Source of the DNA: Chiloscyllium plagiosum
Taxonomy: Eukaryota
Assembly (NCBI RefSeq): GCF_004010195.1
Contig: NC_057711.1
Coordinates: forward strand, 76,840,685-76,904,684
Length of the DNA: 64,000 nt
Direction: 5' to 3'
A program made the translations under genes and the position numbers. Shown in pieces: positions 1 through 12,182 of the stretch. The notes beneath the pieces were generated by a model. The model did not search any database and was not told where the DNA came from. It saw only the letters and a program-made list of their open reading frames with translations. Position 1 is the stretch's first letter, and each line of letters begins with the position of its first letter.

Positions 1-430
1 GGCCACTTTATAGGATCTCTCTTTTTCTTTGATAGATTTCCTGACTTCCTTTGTCAGCCATGGCTGTCTAATCCCTCCCTGGGTAATCTTTCTCCTCTTG
101 GGGATGAACCTCTGTACAGTGTCCTCAATTTTACCCACAAACTCCTGCCATTTTTGCTCTACTGTCTTCCCTGCTAGGCTCTGCTTCCCGTCTATTTTCA
201 TCAGTTCCCCTCATACTTGCAGAATTCCCTTGAATTCGCCTTTAACCTACCTGCCCAAGCTATCTAAGTCCCTTTTTTGCCCTCTTGATTTCATTCTTAA
301 ATGTACTCCTACACCTCCTAAACTAAAGAGACTTATTTCTTCCTAGTTGTCTATATCTGGCATATGCCTCCTTCCTTTTCTTGGCCAGAGCCTCATTATC
401 ACTAGTTATCGGTAGTTGAAACCAGTCTGC
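1..430 (-). mobile_element. CR1 LINE ORF2 fragment (region between endonuclease and RT)
   Basis: The reverse strand resembles the CR1 ORF2 tether segment also seen at 58380-58750. Confidence 0.65.
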
Positions 431-1067
431 CCCTTTTTTTTAATGAAAGCAGAGAGCTACACATCTGAGGAGATTCCAGTCAGGGGTCCATCAGAAATGT
501 GGATCATACCATACTGACAGTTCTTTCTCTGACATATCTGCACCATGAAAGACAAGCCACAAAGCATCAATGTATTTCTCAGGCTTTGTGAATCTTGTCA
601 GAAAAATCAAGGTGGGATTGTAATTGCAATTCCATTAGCTGGGTTAAGCATGTCAAATTATGCAATAAATGCTTGGCACATACTTTTCTTCCCTGGTAGT
701 GTAAAAACATTCGCTCATTTGTATTTTTGCTGATAGCTTATTTCCCACATGTTTCTGAATTAGTGTGATGGTTGTCTCTATTGTTGCCATAGATTAGGGC
801 CAGAATACTTGGAGGCTCTTGGGTGTTTGGAAATGCGATGAGCAGGTGTGTTTTACGATGGTGGTTGGCATGCCAATTTGCCTCCAACATTGTGCACAGT
901 CATTTACTAGAATGTCAGATCAGGATGGAATACTTCTTAATTGTCTTTTTATTGCTTTATCAAGCTTAAGGCCATTGAGATGATAACAACTGGAATATCC
1001 CCAACTGTTAAGATTCCAGGTAAAGGAACTGGTTCCCCTTCTTTATTCATACATCCTGCCTAGTTGG

Positions 1068-1546
1068 TGTAGCAATGTTAATTTAAAAACTGATCCCTTC
1101 CCTTGTGGATATGTCTCTCCCAGACACAAAGTAACTTATGCTTAAATAGGATACAACTTAAACAGGCTTTTGAGAGTTGACAAAGTGAGTTTATTCATAA
1201 GTGCCAAAAGAGTCAAAATATACACATCGATTAAAAGTAAGAGGTGAGTCATCTCATTACTATGAAACAATATTTCTGCTACTACTGTCACCCACTACAA
1301 GGATTACTTTTTCAGTTTTATTTGCAACCAAAGTAATGACTTTGATTAAGGGACAAAGTATAATGAGCTGGATCTAAGGAGTGGTACACCCATGCAGAAA
1401 ATCCAGCTCATTATGCTGGATGAAAGCTTTAATCACACTCTAAAGGCATACCTAAAGGAAAGCATCAAGCAGGAGATTAATCCTTTAGTCAGAATCAACA
1501 CCGGGTTATGGTGTATCCTGATTTTTTGATAATGACCTGTGTCACA
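1068..1546. mobile_element. Possible solo LTR
   Basis: Begins TGT, ends TGTCACA, has a minus-strand AATAAA near 1190; no TSD seen. Confidence 0.25.
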
Positions 1547-2300
1547 TCAATGAGCCCGTGGGCCACAGCCTGTGTGAACTAATGGCAGGATGACAGATGC
1601 AAATTGCACATCCAACAGGAATTTCATTTTTCATTGATATTTCACTGGATCAAGAACCAGTTTCTTCAAACTTGACAATCCAAGACCTTCATCTGCTTCA
1701 TGCAGGAGAAATGTGTGTCATTCATCTTACCACATTGCAGGCATTCACCCTACTCATATGGCCAATACAATTATTGACCAAAAGGTGCAAAACCAAATGC
1801 AGTGGGAAGATACATATGAAATCAAGCACTCAGTGGCAGATGACAGCAGTGACTTTAAAGAATCATAGAGATCCATGTGAGCTGCATAAAATAGAAGAAT
1901 GTAAGAGCATAAGAAATATGACCAGAAGTACACCATACAGCACCTCATACCTGCTCTGTCACTTAATACAAACAGGCTGACATTCTGCCTCAACTCCTCT
2001 TTCTGCTTTAACTACAGATGTTGAATTAAAAATAAATGTGACATTTGAAATTGTGGCTGCAGGTGGAATGACTGACAAAAGTGTTATACATCATATTAAC
2101 CCCGATTGGGAAACAGTTTCTGTGAACCCTGGAGAATTAAATCCTTATACTAAAATGATTCATTCAGAAACATTGGTAAGGCTCTGGCATGGGTTACTTC
2201 TAATTGATGTGTATTTTTGCTGTTGCACACAGCAAGAGTACAGGGCTGAGCAAGAACAGGTTTGCCTTCAGAGGATGTATGGAGCATCCAAGGAGCTTCG

Positions 2301-2340
2301 AAATTGACGTTTCCGGCAAAAGCCCTTCATCAGGAATAAA
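2301..2340 (-). ncRNA. Minimal type I hammerhead ribozyme motif (pLTR), stem II mismatched
   Basis: attcCTGATGAagggcttttgccgGAAACGTCaattt. Confidence 0.55.
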
Positions 2341-2860
2341 GGCAGTGAGCCTGGAGCGTGGAGAGATAAGCTAGAGGAGGGTGGGGAGAAAGTAGCATAG
2401 AGTACAATGGGTGAGTGGGGGAAGGGGATGAAGGTGATAGGTCAGGGAGGAGAGGGTGGAGTGGATAGGTGGAAAAGGAGATAGGCAGGTAGGACAAGTC
2501 TGGCAAGTCATGGGGACAGTGCTGAGCTGGAAGTTTAGAACTAGGGTGAGGTGTGGGAAGGGGAAATGAGGAAACTGTTGAAGTCCACATTGATACCCTG
2601 GGGTTGAAGTGTTCCAAGGCGGAAGATGAGGCGTTCTTCCTCCAGGTGTCTGGTGGTGAGGGAGCGGCGGTGAAGGAGGCCCAGGACCTCTATGTCCTCG
2701 GCAGAGTGGGAGGAGGAGTTGAAATGTTGGGCCACGGAGCGGTGTGGTTGATTGGTGCGGGTGTCCCGGAGATGTTCCCTAAAGCGCTCTGCTAGGAGGC
2801 GCCCAGTCTCCCCACCTCCACCTTCCTCTAGCTTATCTCTCCACGCTTCAGACTCACTGC

Positions 2861-2900
2861 CTTTATTCCTGATGAAGGGCTTTTGCCCGAAATGTCGATT
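2861..2900 (+). ncRNA. Minimal type I hammerhead ribozyme motif (pLTR)
   Basis: attcCTGATGAa-GGGC-TTTT-GCCC-GAAAtGTCgatt: core boxes, stem II and a GUC triplet. Confidence 0.65.
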
Positions 2901-3452
2901 TCGAAGCTCTTTGGATGCTGCCTGAACTGTTGTGCTCTTCCAGCATCACTAATCCAGAATCTGGTTTCCAGCATCTGCAGTCATTGTTTTTACCTCTTCA
3001 GAGGATGTATACCAGTTGTAACTATGTTGCCTTCTATAAGACAAAACCAAATGACTTAATAAAGACAAGGTAGTATTGATCTAAATTACTGCCCAATAAT
3101 AATGGCATCTATATATGACAGTATAAAGATGGGAATTCTCAGGCAACTACAAACCACCTATAGAGTGACGTGAAGATATAGGATGAAACAATGCCATATT
3201 TACCATGGACAGGAAGAAGAGAATATGGTGGAGATGGAAAAAAGATTTGGGTACAGTTAAAATTTACCAAGGAAAATGTTGTTCAGGCATATCAGGTACT
3301 GTTGTGCCACATGTTACAAGATATGTAAGCAATCAAAACAAGCAGTCAAGAAACTAGGAGATGACATTTAGTGTGGAATTACACCCATAAGTCAAATTAC
3401 CTCAGTTGGAGTTGGTGACAACATTAATGATTGGTAATTCAGATAAATTCTT

Positions 3453-4510
3453 AGAAACATAGAAAATAGGAGCAGGAGCAGGAAATTCAGCCCTTGGAGC
3501 CTGTTCTGTCATTCAATATAATCATGGCTCATCCTCCAATTCAGTATCCTATTCCCACTTTCTCCCATTCTCTTTGATCTCATTAGCCATATGAACTATT
3601 GCTAACTCCTTGAACATATTCAATGATGTTGCCTCAACTGCTTTCTATGGTCAAGAATTCCACACCTAACCACTCTTTGGATGAAGACATTTCTACTCAT
3701 TTCAGTCCCAAATGGCCTATCCCATATATTAAGACTGTGACACTGGTTTGAGACTCCCCAGTCATCAGGAACAAAACCTTGTGTTTACCCTGTCTAGTCC
3801 TGCCAGAATTTTATAGGTTGTTCTGAGATTCCCTCATTCTTCTAAACTCCAGTGAATATCATCCTAAATGACCAAGTTTCTCTTCATACATCAATCCTGC
3901 CAGTCCTGGAATCAGTTTGTTATACCTTTGTTGAACTCCCTCCATAGCCAGAACATCCTTCCTCAGATGAGATAAAACCTGCACACACTACTCTAAGTGT
4001 AGTTTCACCAAGGCTCTGTACAATTGCAGCAAGACATTCCTGCTCCTGTACTCAAATCCTCTTGCTATAAAGGCCGATAAACATTGCCACTGTACCTGGT
4101 TGCTCACTTTCAGTGACTGATGTATAAGAGCACTAATGGTCTCATTGCACCTCTTTCTTTCTCAACCTACTGCCATTCAGATAATAATATGCCTTTATGC
4201 TTTTGCTGCCAAACTGAATAACCTCATTTATCCACAGTTGATTTAATTTGCCATGCATTTAGCCCCTCATTCAACTTGCTCAAATCACTGCGTAGCATAT
4301 CTGCAACTACCTCACAGTTTACCTTCTCTCCCAGCTTTGTGTCATCTGCAAGAGATATTGGAGATATTCCATTTACTTCCCTCATCTAAAGCATTAATAC
4401 ATAATGTAAATAGATGGGGTCAAAACACTGATCCTTGCGGTACCCCACTAGTCACTGGCGGCCATCTCTACTCTTTGTTTCCTGTCTGTCAGCCGGTTTC
4501 CATTCCATGT
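3453..4510 (-). mobile_element. CR1 LINE 3' portion (RT C-terminus and 3' UTR)
   Basis: Reverse strand reads GVPQGSVF(L)..; typical CR1 3' tail at 3453-3500. Confidence 0.85.
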
Positions 4511-4661
4511 CAGTACTCATTTCATTACATAGGGAAAATTGATAAGGAATATAAAATATAAGGAAGTAAAGTCTGGGAACTGAGGGCAAAGTAGGAAAAT
4601 AAGAAATATTCGAGAGTCTGTGGAAAAGCACAGCAGGTCAGACAGTATTCAAGGAGCATGT

Positions 4662-4700
4662 AAATCGACTTTTCGGGCATAAGCCCTTCATCAGGAATGA
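4662..4700 (-). ncRNA. Minimal hammerhead ribozyme motif (pLTR)
   Basis: cattcCTGATGAa-GGGC-TTAT-GCCC-GAAAaGTCgattt. Confidence 0.6.
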
Positions 4701-7553
4701 GAAATGTGAGCCGTGGGGCTGAGAGATAAATGGGAAAGGGTTGGGGATCAGAGGGGATGGTAGCTCGGAATATGATAGGTAAATGAAGGAGGGGGGTGAA
4801 AGTGATAGGTCGGACAGAAGGGTGGAACGGATAGGTGGGAAGGAAGATGGACAGGGCAATAGGGCAGTGCCAAGTTTGGACTGCGATAAGGTGGGGGAAG
4901 GGGAAATGAGGAAACTGGTGAAATCCCAATTAATCCCATGTGGTTGCAGGGTCCCAAGGGGGACAATGAGGGGTTTTTCCTCCAGGCGTCGGGTGATAAA
5001 GGTTTGGCGATGGAAGAGGACCAGGACCTGCATGTCCTTGCTGGAGTCGGAGGGGGAGTTGAAGTGTTCAGCCATGGGGCAGTGGGGTTGGTTGGTGCAG
5101 GTGTCCCAGACATATTCTCTGAAACGATCTGCAAGTTGGCTTCCCGTCTCCCCGATGTAGAGGAGACTCCTCCGGTGCAATGGATAGAGTAGATGGCGTG
5201 TGGAAGTACATTTAAATTTCTGTCGGATGTGGAAGGATCCTCAGGGGCCTTGGTCAGAGGTGAGGGGGGAGGTCTAGGCTCAGGTTTTGCACTACTTGTG
5301 GTGGCAGGGGAATGTGCTGGGACTGGGGAGTGGGCTGGTTGGGTGGCGGGGGTGGGGATGGATCTGACAAGAGAGGTGCAGAGGGAATAGTCTCTCTGCA
5401 CCTCTAATAGGGATGGGGAGGGAAATATGTCCCTGGTAGTGGGGTCTGTTTGCAGGTGGCAGAAGTGTTAGCATTTTTACAGGAAGCACAGTGGGAAGAG
5501 GTGTAATCAAGGTAGCTGCGGGAGTCAATAGGTTTGTAGTAGATTTCCGTGGTTAGTCATTTTCCAGAGATGGAGCTGAAAGGTCCAGGAAAAGGAAAGA
5601 GGTGTCCAAAATGGTCCAGGTGTACTTGAGGTTGGGGTGGAAGGTGTTAGGTTGAAGTTGATGAACTGTTCAATCTTTCCATGGGAGCACAAAGTAGTGA
5701 CAAAACAATCATCAATATATCAGAGGAAAAGTTAGGGAATGGTGCCGGTGTAGCTGCAGAAGATAGACTGTTCCGGGTACCTGATGAAGAGGCAAGTATG
5801 GCTGGGGCCCATTCGAGTGCCCATGGTTACCCCTTTAGTTTGGAGAAGTAGGTGGATTGGAAGGAGATGTTGTTGAGGGTGAGGACCAGTTCGGCCAGGC
5901 GAATGAGAGTGTCAGTGGAAGGGGAATTGGTTGGGTCAGCATGAGAGAAAAAAAATGGAGGGCTTGGAGGCCTTCGTTATGGTGGATGTATGGATACAAG
6001 GACTGGATGTGGTAAAGATAAGGTATAGGGGACAGGGAAACGAAAGTCATAGAGGAGGTGAAGAGCATGGGTGGCATCCCGAATGTAGGTGGGGAGTTTC
6101 TGGACTAAGGGGGACTGGACAGTGTCAAGGTATGCAGAGATGAGTTTGGTGAGGCAGAAGCAGGCAGCGACAATGGTTTGACTGGGGCAGTCAGGTTTGT
6201 GAATCTTCAGTCGAAGGTAGAATCGGGCAGTGTGGGGTCGGTGGACAATGAGGTTGGAGGCTTGGGTGGGAGATCTCCCCAGGTGATGAAGTTGTGGATG
6301 GTCTGGGAGATGATAGTTTGGTGATGGGAGGTGAGGTCATGGTCAAGGGGGCAGTAGGAGGACGTGTCTGTGAGTTGACACCTGGTTTCAGCGGTGTAGA
6401 GGTCAGTGCACTAAACTACTATAGTGTCCCCCTTGTCTGTGGGTTCGATAGTGATGTTGGGGTTGGAGCTGAGGGAGTGGAGGGCTACGCATTGCGAGGA
6501 TGAGAGGTTGGATTGAGTGAGGGGGATGGAGAGGTTGAGGTGGTCATGTCACGGCAGCAGTTGGAAATGAAGAGATCAAGGGCAGGTAACAGACCAGCAT
6601 AGACTGCCTAGGTGGATGGGATGTGTTGGAGGTGGGAGAAGGGGTCCTCGGAGGTTGGGCGGGAGGTTTCATGGAAAAGTGGGCCTGGAAGTGGAGGCTG
6701 CTGAAGAAATGTGCGATCTCCGGCGACCAACTAACCACAGACACTTACTACAAACCCACCGACTCCCAGAGCTACCAGGATTATATGTCCTCCCATACTG
6801 CCTCCTGTAGAAATGCCATCTCTTTTTCCCAAATTGTCTGCCTCCACCGCATCTACTTCCAGGAGGACCAATTCCACCATGGAACATCCCAGATGGCCTC
6901 CTCCTTCAAAGATCGCAATTTCTCCTCCCACATGGTCAACGATATCATCCAGTGCATCTCCTCCACTTCCCGCACCTCAGCCCTTGAAGCCCACCCCTCT
7001 AATCACAACAATCACAACTGTCCTCACCTTCCAATCTCTGGATACATCGCATCATCCTCAGTCACTTCCACCACCAGCAAACTGACTCCACCACTAGGCA
7101 TATATTTCCCTCCTAGGATACCAACTTGCGGATCATTTCAGAGACCATCTCTAGGACACCTGCACCAACCAACCCCACCACCCCATGGCTGAACACTTCA
7201 ACTCTTCCTCCCACGCCACCAAGGACATGCAGGTCCTGTGCCTCCTCCATTGCCAAACCCTCATCACCCGATGCCAGGAGGAAGAACACCTCATCTTCCG
7301 CCTTGAGACTCTGCAACCACACGGGATTAATGTGAATTTCACCAGTTTCCTCATTTCCCCTATTCCTACCTTATCCCAGTTCCAAGCCTCCAACTTGGCA
7401 TTGCCCTCATGTTCTGTCCATCTTCCTTCCTACCTATTCGTTCCACCCTCCTCTCCGACCTATCTTTTTCACTCCCACCTGCATCTATCTATCACATTTC
7501 AAGCTACCTTCCCCCTGACCCCGACCCCGACCCCTCTCCCATTTATCTCTCAG

Positions 7554-7590
<37 letters not shown>
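7554..7590. repeat. Poly-C tract next to an N gap
   Basis: Run of roughly 37 C followed by nnnnn; the length is probably unreliable. Confidence 0.8.
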
Positions 7591-7591
<1 letters not shown>

Positions 7592-8043
7592 ACNNNNNCT
7601 CATTCCTAATGAAGCGCTTATGTCTGAAACGTCAATTCTCCTGCTTCTTGGATGCTGCCTGACCTGCCGTGCTTTTCCAGCATCATACTGTCAACTCTGA
7701 TCATCAGCATCGGCAGTCCTCTGTTTCTCCTACTTCTAAGAAATAGCCAACTGATAGAACAAAAAATTAAAAATCACAGGCAAGGCACCTTAATACTTGA
7801 CATGTGAGACAAGAAAGTGTTAAAAATTATCCTAGCAGCACTCACTATAGTCAAGATTGAACCCTTGGGGTTGAAACTTGAAATCTTGCCAAATAATGTT
7901 TCCAACAGCTGTAACTGCAGCTGTGATCATGTGATGGTAGAAGAAAGCTGGTTTTGTTGATTATTGCAGTTTCTGAGACTTAGGCCAGAGATTATCATTC
8001 AAGGCTATTCACACCAAAACAAAACCTTCAAGAGCAAGAAGGC

Positions 8044-8142
8044 GTCATTCCTGATGAAGGGCTTCTGCCCGAAATGTCGATTCTCCTGCTCCTCGGATGC
8101 TGCCTGACTTGCTGTGCTTTTCCATCACCACACTCTCGACCA
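8044..8142 (+). mobile_element. Solo Penelope pLTR fragment with hammerhead motif (8045-8084)
   Basis: tcattcCTGATGAa-GGGC-TTCT-GCCC-GAAAtGTCgattctcctgctcctcggatgctgcctgac..., same family as 4620-4700. Confidence 0.85.
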
Positions 8143-8929
8143 TAATCTTCTCACTGTCATGTCACCTATGCCAGCAAGGGGGAAAGATGGCACATGGCCC
8201 TCGTATTTAAACAGCAATTGTGGTGAGGAAAGGAACTCTGCTGCAAGAGGAGATTGGTGACCTACTAGTATGCTCTCTGGTTTGTCATTCCTTGTCCCCA
8301 GTGTCAGCAATGGTAGCCCCAGGGGAAACAATGCTGCTGCTCTCTCAAACTGTCCACTGTCCGTCACTGGTGCCCAATTCCCTTGAACCCCGTTTTCCGG
8401 GTTGTGAATATGTACTTCCTTTGATTTGTGTGTTTACTCCAGGTGTAGTCCCAGCAGTTACCACACCTCTCCATGTTACTGCAGAGAATATAGTCTGCTG
8501 ACCTTCTGATTGGATAGCAGTTCTTGAGGACACGTGACCATTTCTAATAGGGATGTCTGCTCCAATGGCTGCAGCTGACAAGATGCAGTCTTGGGGTTCT
8601 GCTGTCTGCCAAATTGCGTTTTCCTCATTTAATTTTAAACTCAATCAGTAAGAACTCCATTGAGAACACTGAATTCATGCCAGTATTTTGTAATGAGCAT
8701 TCTCCTTTTGCGTAAATGATATATTTAGAAGAATGCTTATCAACATTCAATTGTGGTATGTCTGCTAATATCATCTTGCAAATTGTTTTATATATTGAAG
8801 TAGGGAATAAAACAGTTATGACGAGAAATACAGTATGATTACTAGTCAAATTAACAATGCAATGCTTTTAACTAACAGGAGACAGGTGTTGTTAAACACA
8901 ACTTCTTGGCATCTCTTTGGATCAAGGAT

Positions 8930-9600
8930 GACTTTGTTCCATCCCGGTCTTGTGGATCCTGAGGTGATTAAATAGTCCAATAGTGCATCTGTAAACTCTA
9001 TAACAGTGATGCTTATTTCTGTCCATTGTCCATGTCTCTGACACATACAGGATAACTGCTATCTCTGTTGCTTTGTAGATCTTGAGCTTGGTGATAAGTT
9101 TGAGGTCTTTGTCATCAATTATCCTGCTCCTCAGTTTGCTAAAGGCTTTGCTGGTACATTGGAGGCAATGTTGAATTTCATTATCTATGTCTGGTCTTGC
9201 TGAGAGATGTGGGATTTCACTAACAATGAGCATTGTGAAGACGTTCCTAAGATATGGGAATTGATCCACATTGTCTAATGGCTCACTGTGGATCTTGATA
9301 GTTGAAGAGGAGCAGTATTGACTGGAACAGATTGGTAGGGAACTAATTTATTCAAAATAAAATAACCATTTTTCCATATTTTTCCATGAATGCATCAAAG
9401 ATAGTTTGGATCTCAGTCTCTGAGTTTGCCCACACAAAATTGTCGGTCTGCATACTGAAGCATGATGACACAATCTGGGGCAGTCATGGTTCTGGATTGG
9501 AGATTGAATAGTTTAAAGCTCATCTTGAAGACTGGCTTCACTCCAGTGGGAAAAGTCATGGATGTTAGGTAGAGTGTTGCAGCTCTGAACTTGAAGAAGA
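8930..9600 (-). mobile_element. RTE-clade LINE RT fragment, degenerate
   Basis: Minus strand gives LFNL..LQYAD and DQFPYL..DIDNEIQHCLQCTSKAFSKLRSR..KLKIYKA..ILYVSETWT, characteristic of the RTE/BovB/Expander RT C-terminus. Confidence 0.75.
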
Positions 9601-10250
9601 GTTTTGATGCAGACAGGCTAGTGGTCCCGCAAACCTCCTGGTGTTCTTAAAGTTTCTCCCACTCTGATCCCTGCACCACTTTCACTCTCCCTCATGCCCT
9701 CATGAAAAACTCCATCACCGCAGAAAAGGTGAGATTTCTTGGTTTTGTTACATATTGGCATGAATCTTCCAGGATAGCAATCACCATCAGATTGCTACCC
9801 CATTCCTACATTTTTCATGACAGAAATTAGTATTCCTGGCCAGGATTTCCAATCTCACCTTCTTTAGAGATGCAGAGCATACCTGAAATGGAAGTTCTTC
9901 TTTGTAACACTGGATTGTCAGGGCTAGAAAGGCTTCATCCCATTTTTACCATATTAGCTGCATATTCTAGAAAGTCTTCATTCAGTAACACACTGAAAAG
10001 CTTTGGGAGATTTAAACAGCTTTGCAATGTGTCAGTAAATAGGTGTGGGGGTGAGTAGCTAATCGAATGGATGAGTGAATGGGTGGAGGGATGATTGCAT
10101 AGGTGTGTAAGTGGATATTGTAGAGAAGGTAAGTGCATAAATGTGACATGGTAGCAGATATTGTAGGGTGGACACATGCATAGGGTGATAAGATGGCAGG
10201 GTGGGATGGCTGGTGGAAAACATGGGTGAGAGAGGCAGGATTGGAGGCTC

Positions 10251-10993
10251 ATTTTGAATTGCATTGAATTTGAATGATTTATTGTCACTTGCATTTTACA
10301 GTGAACGATACAGTAAAATACAGTGAGAAGTTTCAACTGTCACTACAATCTGTGCCATTTTGAAGGGTTATGACTCAAAAGAGTTAATAGACTCTCTCTC
10401 CGTTATATCTATCTTCGTTCTACTGCTCAGCCTGAGTCCTGAGCCGGCTCACTAGTAATATATCACCTGCACCGTCACCCCTCCTCCACTGCCTCATTGC
10501 CATCTGTACTGGGCCACCAGAAGAGGAATCACCACTCCTTAGACACTATCTGTACATTGCTGGACCCAGCACCACCACCATGTCCCATGCTGACCCCACA
10601 CTCACCCCGAAACTAGGAATCCCTGGCTCCAGCTGACAGCAACTGCAACTAGGAGTCCCTGGGTCTGCTGCTGCCTCGATAATACCAGGAGTTCCCACTC
10701 TGGGTCTATTGCAACCAGGAGTCCCTGGCTCTGCTGCCAGGCCAAACCACAGCCACGCCAAGAGTCCCCCTCCAGCCACCCTCCTCCAAGATGGCATCTT
10801 GCCAGTGTCACCACACCATGCATGTCCAGCTCTTGCTGCCACCGACTAGCCTGCCAAAGAAAAGAAAACCATGAAAGAAAACAGTGAAAGAAAATGAGCA
10901 AACATAAGAAGAAAAATAAAGAAAGTAAGAAGATGGGAGTTGATGAGCCCCAGACAAGAGCAGCACGCAGCCCGGCCAACTCACCCCCATCAT
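10251..10993 (-). mobile_element. Non-autonomous retroposon-like element with an internal tandem repeat and (TTCAA)-type tail
   Basis: Minus-strand 3' end ...GTGACAATAAATcattcaaattcaatgcaattcaaaat; four degenerate units AC(T/C)AGGA(G/A)T(C/T)CC.. at 10611-10740; no long coding ORF. Confidence 0.5.
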
Positions 10994-11859
10994 AGCTAGC
11001 CCAATGTTGAGACCTCAGGTTGAGTATGAGAGAGTTGGGTAACTTGACTATGAACAGAGTGTTGGAACCTGATCCAATCGGGTTTGGAGAGAGTCAGGGT
11101 TTGGGTGGAGTTGGAGAATTGGAAAGGAAGCTAAATTGCAGGGTCTAATGAGGACAGGTGGAGGGGTGGAGTTTGAGGTCAGGGAAGGTCTGAGGGTCAG
11201 AAAAGTAGTAATTGGCTAGTAGAGTTCAGACAGGTCGGGGAGAGGTCAGAAAGCCAGGAACATTGAATGGTAGTGTCTTGTTGTGTTTGGTCTGGTGCAG
11301 GTTATTGAAGGGAAGTGTGAAGGTCATGAGGGGAGGTCAAGGGTTGTGAGGCAGGGAGCAATGTAGTGAGGTTTAGTCATGGCGTGTCAGTCAATAGGGT
11401 CGTAGAGGGAATTGGGATGTCGGTGGTGAGTTGTATAATTATCTAGGAATTAGATTCAGATTTTTCCATCTAATATTACCTGGGTAACTATCCAAGTAAA
11501 TAAGGTGGAACTTTCCAAATAGAGAGTTTTTCAAAGGCTCCAGACAGCAGGGCAATTTCTGATTAAAAATCTGTACATCTGGATTTCTCATAGGTGCCAA
11601 TGCATATCTCTGGTTTCATATCCAGTCACCAACTGTTCAGAGATAAGAGGAATTGGGCCATTACACTATGGTCACCTCATTCACAAATAACACTGACAAA
11701 TTTGGAGTTGTAGTGATTCTGTCAAATTCCTGATTTTAAGCTAAGACAGACAGGTTTATCAGCAATTTACTTTTAACTCTCACTTCAAATCTTCCAGAAG
11801 GATATTTTATCATTGAATTTTCATTCGTAATCTGATGACATGATTCCTGACTCAGTCTC

Positions 11860-12182
11860 GGTTTAGAGATGCCGGTGTTGGACTGGGGTGTACAAAGTTA
11901 AAAATCACACAACACCAGGTTATAGTCCAACAGGTTTAATTGGAAGCACACTAGCTTTCGGAGCGCCGCTCCTTCATCAGGTGGTTGTGGAGGACACAAA
12001 TGTAAGGCACAGAATTTATAGCAAAAGTTTACAGTGTGATGTAACTGAAATTATACAGTGAAAAATACTTTGATTGTCTATTGAGTCTTTCATCTGTTCA
12101 AATACCATGATAGTTTCATTTCTTTCATGTGTAAACCACAAAATTTTTTTGAAGAAGTTGCATTCTCAGGTTAGTCAGACTA
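11860..12182 (-). mobile_element. Second Penelope family 3' pLTR fragment with 10-bp TSD and hammerhead motif
   Basis: TSD ACTCAGTCTC at 11850-11859 and 12183-12192; minus strand cacCTGATGAa-GGAGC-GGC-GCTCC-GAAAGCTAgtg at about 11948-11983. Confidence 0.85.

Larger units (their letters stand above)
2281..2995. mobile_element. Penelope-like element, truncated, with inverted pseudo-LTRs and a 15-bp TSD
   Basis: TSD CTTCAGAGGATGTAT at 2266-2280 and 2996-3010. Arms 2281-2385 and 2811-2920 are reverse complements. The minus strand encodes a GIY-YIG C-terminal part (GETGR..RFREH..HFNS..EEERLIFRLGTLQPQGINVDF). Confidence 0.92.
4609..7736. mobile_element. Penelope-like element, ~3.1 kb: minus-strand RT+GIY-YIG+pLTR joined head-to-head to plus-strand RT C-terminus+GIY-YIG+pLTR
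   Basis: Minus ORF 4638-5180 LYIGETG..RFRE..HFNS..LGTLQPHGIN; minus RT motif GVTMGTRMGPS near 5800-5830; plus ORF 6623-7192 YYKPTDS..; plus GIY-YIG 7110-7340; candidate 9-bp TSD TAAGAAATA at 4600-4608 and 7737-7745. Confidence 0.9.

Noticed and set aside
2062-2175. Possible plus-strand exon ending ttg|gtaagg
   Set aside because: Weak acceptor, unrecognised peptide and no neighbouring exons.
4748-7700. Long Pro/Ser-rich or Gly-rich ORFs in the track (e.g. 217 aa, 171 aa)
   Set aside because: These are alternate or antisense frames of Penelope sequence and the poly-C tract, not genes.
10611-10740. CRISPR-like repeat/spacer pattern
   Set aside because: Vertebrate DNA with degenerate tandem units, no constant repeats with unique spacers, and no cas genes.
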